The translations under genes were made by a program, and so were the position numbers. From Gemmatimonadota bacterium (GTDB lineage Bacteria; Gemmatimonadota; Gemmatimonadetes; Gemmatimonadales; GWC2-71-9): a stretch of 47,047 bases of DNA. Where the stretch lies: assembly GCA_039588295.1 (NCBI GenBank), contig JBDHAB010000020.1, forward strand, positions 1-47,047. The letters are read 5' to 3'. The first letter of the stretch is position 1. The number at the start of each line of letters is the position of its first letter. Under the pieces are notes generated by a model that saw only the letters and a list, made by a program, of their open reading frames with translations, searched no databases and had not been told where the DNA came from. Of this stretch, positions 36,025-44,743 are shown in pieces.

Positions 36025-38406
36025 TCAGCGTGGCGTGCCGGCGTCGGCACTGCCGAAGTGCGCGTCGAGACGGTCGAAGAACTCCTGCCGCTCCTGCTCA
36101 CCGGCAAAGACCTGATACCGGCCCACGGCGCGTTCGACTTGCACGAAGTCGATCAGGAAACCGTACAGGGCGTTCGCCGCACCGAGATCGGAAACCACGG
36201 AGACGTTCTGCGCATCGAGGAGATCGACCAACCGGGCCGCTCCCCTCGAGTACGCATCGGTCACCAGTTCGAGACTCCGCCGCGCCGCCGTTGCCGCATC
36301 CCTGGCAAGCTGAATGTTGGCGTGCGACGCACCGGCTCGATGGAGCGCGGACCGAACCCGTTGCTCTACCCGCTGCTCGATCTCGGCGCGCTGGAGTCTC
36401 AAGCTCTCGACCTCCCGGCTCACGCGGCTGACCTCGGCCGGGCGGGCGCCACCTGCCAACAGCGGTAGGCTCAAGCTCACGCCCACACTCCAATCGAGAT
36501 CGTCCGCCACCGTAATGCCGGGAGGCAATCCCGCCGCAGGATCCGAGCCTGCACCGGCGGCAGCCAACTCATAGCCCAAGTCGCTGAACAGCGCGATGGT
36601 CGGAGCCCAGTAGGCGTTCTTGGCAGATGTGAGCAGTCGCCGTTGCGCGTCGATCGCCGCGTCGACCTCCCGAAGCTCAGGCGACGCCGCAAGCCCCTCC
36701 TCGACCATGAACGCGCGGAACAGCCGGAAGCTGTAGGGATTGTCGATGTAGTCGTGCACGCTCGGCGTGCCTCGCATCAATGGCAGGTCGTCGATCGTCG
36801 CCTCACGAGTGGCAAACGGTTCCTCCAGCGGCCGTCGCAGAATCCGATTGAGGTCGATCTCGGCGACGTTGCGCTGAGAGTTCGCGGTGATCACGGCCTG
36901 GCGGCCGTTGGCGACCTCGGCATCCCAGCGGAACACCTCACCGGCACTGGCACTCCCGAGCGTCACGCGAACCCGCGCCAGATCCAGGTTTGACCGAGTG
37001 ACGCCGAGGTTCTCGCGTTGAATCCGCTCGAAGGTCTTGGAGCGCAGGAGATTGAGGTAGGCGACCGCCGCTTCCAGCGCAATGTCCAACTCCAACGTCT
37101 CGAAGTTGAATTCCCGCGCCCGCTGTAACGACCCCTGAATGGACAAGTTGGCCAAGGCTCCCTCGGAGAACAGGAGCTGCGACCCCGAGAACCCTCCGGT
37201 GAGCGAGCGCTGGGGTTGCGACCCGAAGCTTGCGGCGGCGCGGTCCTCGTCGACAATGAGCCCGCGCCCGAAGAGATCCACCTGTGGCAAGAGCACTGAG
37301 CGCGCGAGCGTCACCGCTTTCTCCCCAGCCGACACGGCGCGCTGTTGCGCTGCGAGTTGGAGGTTCGCGTCAACCGCCTCCGTCATCACGCTCTCCAGCG
37401 TGACTTCCCGCGCGATGCTCTGCCGCACCTCGTTGATGAGCGTGGCCTCGGTCAACACGCTGAAACTCGGATTCACACCGATGGCCCGCGCGGTCTCCAT
37501 GTTGATCGTGAGCTCTTCGTCCCGCGCAAACTCCACGGGAATCGTCCCGGCGTCCTCACCCAGCAGAATGCGCTGCGCATTGAGCGCCACACGGCGGGCG
37601 ATGCGGGGGAAGTAGGAGTCCCCGTTCAGACTCATCAGCGCGCCTCGCGGAACGTCCTCGATGAAGAACGAGAGCGTCGGGAGCGCACGGTCGCGCAGGG
37701 CGGCAATGAGCCGCTCGGTCTCGCCCTCCTGCAGGTTCGTGAGCCAGGCGAGGAACACCGCGTCCGCGTCATCGGGAATACCGGCGAGCGCCGTCTCGTC
37801 CACCGCCGCGAGCGGCAGGAGGGTGGCTTGCATGTTGACCGCTCGCATCGCCTCCTCGAGCCGCTGGCGCAGCTCCGGAACGGCCTCGAGGTAGTACGGA
37901 TTGGTGAGAATCACGAGATGCTGGAACTCGACAACCTCGCGGAAGGCCTGAATCTCCCGCAGCACCTGTGTCGGGTGGGTGATGTACACCAGGTTGGGGA
38001 CGCCACTTCCCCCCTCCACCTCCGGAACACCGAGTAGTGCGGCATCGGGGATGTAGGGCGCGATCACCGGTTTCGGCAAAGCACCCCGTCGGACCGCGTC
38101 TACCGAGCCGATCACTCCTGACGTTATCACCAGGTGGATGCTCGACTCGTTGAGGAGGCGGGTGGTGGCCTCTCGCACGCCGGCCAGCGTCCAGTCGGCC
38201 TCCAGCTGGGCCGAGGCCGGAAACTCTACGTTGAACTCCGAGCGCAGGAGATCGGTTATCTCCCCCTTGAGAAGTGCTAAGGCGTCGGCGTTCCGTGCCC
38301 AGGGCCCGTCAACCACAATCCCAATGCGTACGGTCTGCCGCTGTTGTGCCTGGAGCGATCCTGATCCGAGTCCGAGGAGCAGGAGCCCGACGAGGAAACG
38401 GTACAT
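36025..38406 (-). CDS. TolC-family outer-membrane factor fused to an N-terminal ABC substrate-binding-like domain
   Basis: Signal peptide. The first ~330 aa resemble ABC_sub_bind (RILLGEDAGTIPV...ELTINMETARAIGV). The remainder has two OEP repeats (AVDANLQL...LPQVDL...AYLNLL, YSRGAARLVDLLDAQ). Confidence 0.85.
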   Translation of the reverse strand: MYRFLVGLLLLGLGSGSLQAQQRQTVRIGIVVDGPWARNADALALLKGEITDLLRSEFNVEFPASAQLEADWTLAGVREATTRLLNESSIHLVITSGVIGSVDAVRRGALPKPVIAPYIPDAALLGVPEVEGGSGVPNLVYITHPTQVLREIQAFREVVEFQHLVILTNPYYLEAVPELRQRLEEAMRAVNMQATLLPLAAVDETALAGIPDDADAVFLAWLTNLQEGETERLIAALRDRALPTLSFFIEDVPRGALMSLNGDSYFPRIARRVALNAQRILLGEDAGTIPVEFARDEELTINMETARAIGVNPSFSVLTEATLINEVRQSIAREVTLESVMTEAVDANLQLAAQQRAVSAGEKAVTLARSVLLPQVDLFGRGLIVDEDRAAASFGSQPQRSLTGGFSGSQLLFSEGALANLSIQGSLQRAREFNFETLELDIALEAAVAYLNLLRSKTFERIQRENLGVTRSNLDLARVRVTLGSASAGEVFRWDAEVANGRQAVITANSQRNVAEIDLNRILRRPLEEPFATREATIDDLPLMRGTPSVHDYIDNPYSFRLFRAFMVEEGLAASPELREVDAAIDAQRRLLTSAKNAYWAPTIALFSDLGYELAAAGAGSDPAAGLPPGITVADDLDWSVGVSLSLPLLAGGARPAEVSRVSREVESLRLQRAEIEQRVEQRVRSALHRAGASHANIQLARDAATAARRSLELVTDAYSRGAARLVDLLDAQNVSVVSDLGAANALYGFLIDFVQVERAVGRYQVFAGEQERQEFFDRLDAHFGSADAGTPR

Positions 38407-38486
38407 GGGGGACTCGCAGAAACGAGGTGATGGAGCCGGGACAATGCTCAAACAATAGGGCGAGATTCGGGTCGCACAAGCGGGTG

Positions 38487-38542
38487 GGTGGTCGGTGGTA
38501 GGTGGTAGGTGGTAGGTGGTAGGTGATAGATGATAGGTGACA
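38487..38542. repeat. Heptamer tandem repeat, consensus GGTGGTA, about 8 units (4 perfect)
   Basis: GGTGGTC GGTGGTA x4 GGTGATA GATGATA GGTGACA, in the divergent intergenic region between the RND operon and a kinase gene. Confidence 0.9.
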
Positions 38543-38685
38543 GGCGATCCAACGCTACCGCCCCGGGTGGAAGCGGTGCGGAAGCGCGCTGCCGATCGGG
38601 CTCGATCAGCGATTGCGGATCGTCGCTAGCTTGCAACCTGACGGGACTGTTTCGAGATTGCAGCTAGCCACCGACCCGGGACCCT

Positions 38686-41601
38686 ATGCAACTGTCTCCG
38701 TCAACTTGCGAGCGCTGCCACACGCCACTCCCCACTGGTGCGTCCTTTTGTCCCAGATGTGGCGTGGCCACGCCGCTAGAACGGCGTGCAGCCGTGGCGC
38801 AACCCGAGGATTCCGTGGCAGATCTCCGCCTCCGTCTGGAGACGGCGCTGGCGGACCGCTATCTCATCGAGCGGGAGCTCGGCCGCGGCGGCATGGCCGT
38901 GGTGTATCTCGCGCAGGACCTGCGCCACAAGCGCCAGGTCGCGCTCAAAGCCCTGCTCCCCGATATCGCTGTCCTTCTGGGACCGGACCGCTTCCTGCGC
39001 GAGATCGAGATCACCGCACAGCTCCAACACCCCAACATCGTTCCGGTGCATGACTCCGGGAACGTCGAGGGGACGCTGTTCTACGTCATGCCGTACGTCG
39101 AGGGCGAGTCGCTGCGCGATCGACTGAATCGATCGAAGCAGTTGCTGCTCGACGACGTCGTCCAACTCGTCCGCGAGGTGGCCGACGCGCTCCGCTACGC
39201 ACACGGGCGCGGGGTCATTCACCGGGACATCAAACCGGAGAACATCCTGCTGTCGGCAGGGCACGCGCAGATCGCCGACTTTGGGATTGCCCGGGCGGTT
39301 GAGGCTGCCGGTGGCACGTCCCTCACACGGACGGGAGGCATTCTCGGAACCCCGGCGTACATGGCTCCGGAGCAGGCCGCCGGGCTGCCCGACGTGGACG
39401 GCCGCGCCGATCTCTACTCGCTCGCGGCCGTCGCGCATGAGTGCCTGGTGGGCAGTCGCGGCGAACCGATGTCATCCGTGCGGAGTTCCGAGAGCACCCT
39501 CATGACGGGGCGGCCCGATGTCGGCCCCAGATTGGCCCGGGCCCTCTCCGCACCGCTCGCGTTGGAGCGAGACGCGCGGCCGGCCTCGGTCGAGAACTGG
39601 CTCGGCATGCTCGGGCAGGCACAGCGACGCCCGAGGTCGACGCGGGTATGGGCTGCAGGAGCCATCGTGGGAGCCGCACTCGCCGTTGTTGCATGGCTGG
39701 TGCTCCGACCCCCCGGACCGGCGCCGGAACCGGACCTCCGACGCATCGCCATGTTCCCGACCGTCATCAGTGGAACCGGCGATACCGCTTTTGAAACGGC
39801 GTTGGTGAACGCGTTCGAGCAGCAGCTCCTATACCTCCCCGGCGCGGAGTTGGTGCGTGACTCCATTCGAGCATCGGAGCTGCTTCGCGTCCGCGCGCGC
39901 CTTGCGCCCGACAGCCAGGTGGATCTCAACGTGCGCGTGCTCACCTCTGCCGGTCGCGACATCGCCAATGCGCAGGGTGAAGGGCGCGCGGACAGACTTC
40001 CGACTCTCGTGGCGACCGTACTGGGCGAGGTGTACGCGGCGCAGATCGCCGAAGAGCGGATTGGGTGGAGTCAGGCCCTCCCGCAGCGAATGGACACGTG
40101 GTTGGATTACCTGCAGGGCGAGCGGAATTTCCGGAGCGGCAACTTCATCGAGGCGACCCGTCGGTTCGAGCGGGTCATCGAACGGGAGCCATCGTACGCA
40201 CCGGCGCATTTCAAGCGCATGCTCACCGAGGTGCTGCGCAGCCGACCCACTCGCGCGATGATCGACGTCGAACGCGCGCTGGCGGCGGCCCGAGCGTTTC
40301 GCGACTCCCTCGACCCCACCACCCGTGACCTGCTCGCCGGGTACGACATACTCATGGGCCGGGGCGATCTCGATAGCGCGCTCGCGACGTTCGCCGGGAT
40401 TGTCGACCGGAACCCGCGCGCGATCGACGCGTGGTTCGTGCTCGGGTTTCTGAAGATGTACTTCGCCGGCCTGCTCCGGCAGCCGCCCACGGTGGCGCGA
40501 TTCGACTTCGAGCGCGCGCACGCACTCGATCCCAACTTCGCTCCCGTGCTGGTACAGTTGGCTCGCATCGCATTCCTCGTGGACAACTCCACGTTGGGGA
40601 AGCAGTACACGAGGGCCTACCTTGCCCTAGACAGCGTCTCTGATATCGCCGAGTTGCTGCGTATGGCAGACTCCGCGCTCGGGTCGGTCGGCACGCGGAT
40701 CGAGTTGTTCCGATCACTGGAAGATCGGCCCACCACGGTATTGGAGAATGTCGCGCTGCTGTCGGGAGCGGTCGACCAGCCCTATCAGGGCCGGCTGGCG
40801 TCGCGGGTGGCCGGCGAAGCACTGTGGCAGCGGGCGACCACACCCGCCGAGCGGAAGGTGGCGTTCCGGCTACACATGGCCACGACGCTCGGATCCGCTC
40901 GGTATGCTTCCGCCGATTCGCTGATGCGCCTGGGGCGTCGCGCAGCGGTGCCGAGCGAGGAACTCGACGCCTGGCTCCTGCTTCCCGCAGTGACCGTAAA
41001 CGTGGCACTCGGTACCGATGCGGAACGCGCCGCCGCAGCCCAACGACTGGCGGAGCGCTCCGATGATGCGACGGCACTGTGGCTCGCGGCACGTTGGTAT
41101 CGCGGGCGTGCGCCCGCGCAGTATCGAACGGTCGTGCGCCGTCTCGAGGCCCTCATCGCCACCCGCCCCGACACGGTGCCCCTCGAGCGGGGGCTGCTGC
41201 TCGATCTGCGCGCCGGCGACGCGCTCGCACGGGGGGATACCATGGCGGCGCTCTCTGCCTGGAGCGAGGCAACGTCACGCTACACCATCGGCGAGGTGAC
41301 GTTCGGTCTGGCGGGATCGTTCTGGCCGATCGAGTTGGAGCGTGCACGAGTGGCGGCCGGCGCCGGCGATCACGAGGGTGTGCTCATTGCAGCCCGGCAC
41401 TTCCGCTACATGGCCGGGTTCGTCGACCAGGTCACGTGGCCCGTCATCTGGCCGCTGGCCATCGAGGCACACCAGGCGTCCGGCGACCCGCTCGCGGCGC
41501 GCGAGGTCGCCGCGCTCATCGAACCCGTGCTCAGGGACGCGAACGGCGACGGGACGGTGATTCACGATGCGGTGGCCGCGGCCGCCCAAGCGCGGCAGTG
41601 A
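38686..41601 (+). CDS. Ser/Thr protein kinase with N-terminal zinc ribbon, TM helix and TPR region
   Basis: CERC...FCPRCG zinc ribbon, ELGRGGMAVVY, HRDIKPENIL, DFG, GTPAYMAPEQ, TM WAAGAIVGAALAVVAWLVL, TPR-like helices. Confidence 0.92.
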   Translation: MQLSPSTCERCHTPLPTGASFCPRCGVATPLERRAAVAQPEDSVADLRLRLETALADRYLIERELGRGGMAVVYLAQDLRHKRQVALKALLPDIAVLLGPDRFLREIEITAQLQHPNIVPVHDSGNVEGTLFYVMPYVEGESLRDRLNRSKQLLLDDVVQLVREVADALRYAHGRGVIHRDIKPENILLSAGHAQIADFGIARAVEAAGGTSLTRTGGILGTPAYMAPEQAAGLPDVDGRADLYSLAAVAHECLVGSRGEPMSSVRSSESTLMTGRPDVGPRLARALSAPLALERDARPASVENWLGMLGQAQRRPRSTRVWAAGAIVGAALAVVAWLVLRPPGPAPEPDLRRIAMFPTVISGTGDTAFETALVNAFEQQLLYLPGAELVRDSIRASELLRVRARLAPDSQVDLNVRVLTSAGRDIANAQGEGRADRLPTLVATVLGEVYAAQIAEERIGWSQALPQRMDTWLDYLQGERNFRSGNFIEATRRFERVIEREPSYAPAHFKRMLTEVLRSRPTRAMIDVERALAAARAFRDSLDPTTRDLLAGYDILMGRGDLDSALATFAGIVDRNPRAIDAWFVLGFLKMYFAGLLRQPPTVARFDFERAHALDPNFAPVLVQLARIAFLVDNSTLGKQYTRAYLALDSVSDIAELLRMADSALGSVGTRIELFRSLEDRPTTVLENVALLSGAVDQPYQGRLASRVAGEALWQRATTPAERKVAFRLHMATTLGSARYASADSLMRLGRRAAVPSEELDAWLLLPAVTVNVALGTDAERAAAAQRLAERSDDATALWLAARWYRGRAPAQYRTVVRRLEALIATRPDTVPLERGLLLDLRAGDALARGDTMAALSAWSEATSRYTIGEVTFGLAGSFWPIELERARVAAGAGDHEGVLIAARHFRYMAGFVDQVTWPVIWPLAIEAHQASGDPLAAREVAALIEPVLRDANGDGTVIHDAVAAAAQARQ

Positions 41602-41615
41602 GTGCGCCCCTGCCC

Positions 41616-43103
41616 CTACCGCTCCTGCGGCTCCCGCTGCACCACCCACGGCTCGTCCACAAACGCCGGCGGTCGCGCATTCACACCGGTCGCTTCGGTG
41701 AGCACATCGCCGATGTCCACGCGTGCGGAGTCGATCAGCGCGAGGAGGCGTTGCACGACATCGGGGTGGGCATCGGCCACATCCCGCGTTTCTCCGGGGT
41801 CGGCCTCAAGGTCGAATAGTGCGACGCCGATTTCGCCGCGCTCGTAGCGACCGACCGCACCGTCCTGCCCGGCCACCCCACCCTCAAGTGTGGGATAGGC
41901 GTGCGGCACGTGGAGCTTCCACGTGCCGCTGCGCACCGCCTGTAGCTGACCGCCGCGGTAATAGAAGAACCGCACGTACGGGCTCGGCGCATCAGGTTCG
42001 CCGGCCAACAGTGGCCAGATGTCGTGCCCGTCGATCACTCGATCGTCGGGTACCGCCGCACCGGCGAGACGGGCGAAGGTAGGCAGGAAATCCATTCCGG
42101 TCGCCAGCTCGTCGGAGGTCCGACCCGCGGGAATGCGGCGCGGCCAGCGAAAGATGCCGGGCACCCGGTGCCCACCCTCGAACGTCGTAGCCTTGCCCTC
42201 GCGAAACGGGCCGGCGGACCCCGCGTGATTGCCGAACACGAGCCACGGTCCGTTGTCGGACGTGAACGCGACGAGGGTCCTGTCGTCCAACCGCAACCGC
42301 TCGAGTGTCGACAGGATCTCACCCACCGACCAGTCGATCTCCGCCATGACGTCACCGTACAGCCCCCGCTCCGTCGTACCGACGAAGCGCTCGGAGGCCC
42401 ACAACGGCACGTGCACGAACGTGTGCGCGAGGTACAGGAAGAACGGCTCGTCCGCGTGCTGCTCGATGAATCGGACCGCTTCCTCCGTATAGCGACGCGT
42501 GAGCTGCGTCTGATCGGGCTCGCGCTCGACGACCATGGTGTCGCGCACCAACGGCAGCTCCGGATACCAGCGATTCGCGCCCTCCCGCGGGTTGTTGGCC
42601 GGCGCCGGGCTCATATCGTTGGAATAGGGAATCCCGAAGTAACTGTCGAACCCGTGATTGGTGGGGAGAAACACGGGATGATCTCCCAAGTGCCACTTGC
42701 CCACGGCGATCGTGGCGTACCCCTGCGCTTTGAGCAGCTCGGCGAGCGTGACCTCGTCGGGATGGATACCGCGTCGGGTTCTCGGGCCCAGTACGTGCGG
42801 GACTCCCACCCGCGGCCCGTACGATCCCGTCATGATCGCCGCGCGTGTCGGCGAGCAGGCGGCATGCGGCGCATAGAAACTGGTGAACCGGATGCCTTCC
42901 TCGGCGAGCCGGTCGATGTTGGGCGTGCTGAACCCGCGGGCCCCATAGACGCCCACGTCTTCCCATCCCTGATCGTCGGTCAGGATAAGGACGAAGTTGG
43001 GTGGGCCCTCATACCGCGGCTCACCGCAGGCGAGCAGCAGCGCCGCCAGCAGCGGGCCGAGACCCCGGACGAGGATCAGCCGAGCGCTTGGAGGTCTGCT
43101 CAC
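41616..43103 (-). CDS. Formylglycine-dependent sulfatase (arylsulfatase A-like), lipoprotein
   Basis: PNFVLILTDDQG, CSPTRAAIMTG (CxPxR), GKWHLG, TSDNG, LLAC lipobox. The GTG start overlaps the upstream stop. Confidence 0.93.
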   Translation of the reverse strand: MSRPPSARLILVRGLGPLLAALLLACGEPRYEGPPNFVLILTDDQGWEDVGVYGARGFSTPNIDRLAEEGIRFTSFYAPHAACSPTRAAIMTGSYGPRVGVPHVLGPRTRRGIHPDEVTLAELLKAQGYATIAVGKWHLGDHPVFLPTNHGFDSYFGIPYSNDMSPAPANNPREGANRWYPELPLVRDTMVVEREPDQTQLTRRYTEEAVRFIEQHADEPFFLYLAHTFVHVPLWASERFVGTTERGLYGDVMAEIDWSVGEILSTLERLRLDDRTLVAFTSDNGPWLVFGNHAGSAGPFREGKATTFEGGHRVPGIFRWPRRIPAGRTSDELATGMDFLPTFARLAGAAVPDDRVIDGHDIWPLLAGEPDAPSPYVRFFYYRGGQLQAVRSGTWKLHVPHAYPTLEGGVAGQDGAVGRYERGEIGVALFDLEADPGETRDVADAHPDVVQRLLALIDSARVDIGDVLTEATGVNARPPAFVDEPWVVQREPQER

Positions 43104-44743
43104 CCGCCCGGCTCTTCGTAAGGAATCGGATCTTCCTCGGGCACCGCGTACTGCTGCCTGAGCTCCGCGAGCTTCGCTTCGAGTTCGGCTCGAATCTCCG
43201 CGTACTCGGAGTCGGCGTACACCGAGCGCAGCTCGTCGGGGTCACCCTGGAGGTCGAACAACTCCCACTCGTCGATCAAGTAGTAGTGCACGAGCTTGTA
43301 GCGGTCAGTCCTGATGCCGTAGTGCCGCGGCACGGCGTGCACGCCCGGAAACTCGTAGTAGTGATAGTAGATCGCATCGCGCCAGTCGTCGGGTCGGCCA
43401 CCCTGGAACAGCGGCACCAGGCTTCGACCCTGCATTTCCCGCGGCGGGGCGACACCGGCAAGCTCCAGGAAGGTGGCCGCGAAATCCAAGTTCTGCACGA
43501 GGGCGGAGTTCTCCGATCCGGCCTCGATCACTCCCGACCACCGCACCACCAAGGGCATCCGCAGCGATTCTTCGTACATCCAGCGTTTGTCGTACCAGCC
43601 ATGCTCGCCCAGGAAGAATCCCTGGTCGGAGCTGTAGACGACGACGGTGTTCGCGGCAAGGCCGCTCGCCTCGAGATAATCGAGCAGGCGGCCCACGTTG
43701 TCGTCCACCGACCGGATACTCCCGAGGTAGTCCTCCATGTACCGGCGGTATTTCCACCGCACGAAGTCCTCGCCGTCGAGCGGATTGCCCAGCAGCGCCT
43801 CGCTTTTCGGACCGTACGCCGAATCCCACCGCGCGAGCTGCTCCGGCGTCATCCGCTCTCGCAGCCCTTCGGCCCACACGTTCGCGGGGTCGTCCGGCTC
43901 CAGCGTGTTGGGCCAGAGTTTGAGATCGAATGCCAAGTGCATGTGACGGTCGATCGTCATCTCCTGCGTGCGAGCGGCAGACGTGCGACCGGCATAATCG
44001 TCGAACAGCGTAGGCGGCTCGGGAATGACGACGTCGTCGTAGTACGTCAAGTGGTCCGGCCCCGGCGACCACTCGCGGTGCGGCGCCTTGTGCTGATACA
44101 TCAACATGAACGGCTGGTCGGGATCACGCCGTTGCTCGAGCCAGGCAATCACCTTGTCGGTGATGATGTCGGTCACGTACCCCGTGTCCTGCACGGTGCC
44201 GGCCGCGGTGCGGAAGGTCGGGTTGTAGTAGCGCCCCTGGCCCGGCAACACCTCCCAGTAGTCGAAGTCCACGGGATCGCTCTTCAAGTGCCATTTACCC
44301 ACCAACGCCGTCGCATACCCCGCCCGCCGGAGCAGCTGTGGGAACGTCACCTGGGACGAATCGAATCGCTCCGCGTTGGTATAGACGCCGTTCACGTGAC
44401 TGTGCATGCCCGTCAAAATCACGGCGCGGCTGGGTGCACAGATGGCGTTGGTGACGAAGGCGTTGCGGAACAGCATGCCCTCGCGCGCGAGCCGGTCGAT
44501 GTTGGGTGTGGGATCGAGCTGGGCGAGCCGGCCACCATAGGCGCCGACGGCCTGGGTCGCGTGGTCGTCGGTGAAGATGAAGATGATGTTGGGCGGCTCA
44601 CCGGCGCCGCAGGCGGCGGTCGCAAGGGCGAGCGCGGCGAGACATACCATCAGGAATCGCGGCAATCGACGTCCCCGGTCTGGTGAATCGGGAGAACCTA
44701 CCGGCCGGGACCGCACACGGGAAGGGTGGCGCGCGGCCCTCAC
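43100..44743 (-). CDS. Formylglycine-dependent sulfatase (N-acetylglucosamine-6-sulfatase-like), lipoprotein; start may be further downstream
   Basis: PNIIFIFTDDHA, CAPSRAVILTG, GKWHL, HKAPHR, SDQGFFLGEHGWYDKRWMYEES, TAAC lipobox. Confidence 0.92.
   Translation of the reverse strand: MRAARHPSRVRSRPVGSPDSPDRGRRLPRFLMVCLAALALATAACGAGEPPNIIFIFTDDHATQAVGAYGGRLAQLDPTPNIDRLAREGMLFRNAFVTNAICAPSRAVILTGMHSHVNGVYTNAERFDSSQVTFPQLLRRAGYATALVGKWHLKSDPVDFDYWEVLPGQGRYYNPTFRTAAGTVQDTGYVTDIITDKVIAWLEQRRDPDQPFMLMYQHKAPHREWSPGPDHLTYYDDVVIPEPPTLFDDYAGRTSAARTQEMTIDRHMHLAFDLKLWPNTLEPDDPANVWAEGLRERMTPEQLARWDSAYGPKSEALLGNPLDGEDFVRWKYRRYMEDYLGSIRSVDDNVGRLLDYLEASGLAANTVVVYSSDQGFFLGEHGWYDKRWMYEESLRMPLVVRWSGVIEAGSENSALVQNLDFAATFLELAGVAPPREMQGRSLVPLFQGGRPDDWRDAIYYHYYEFPGVHAVPRHYGIRTDRYKLVHYYLIDEWELFDLQGDPDELRSVYADSEYAEIRAELEAKLAELRQQYAVPEEDPIPYEEPGG

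Noticed and set aside
38707..38721. CERCH in the kinase N-terminus as a heme-binding motif
   Set aside because: It is cytoplasmic and pairs with CPRC to form a zinc ribbon.
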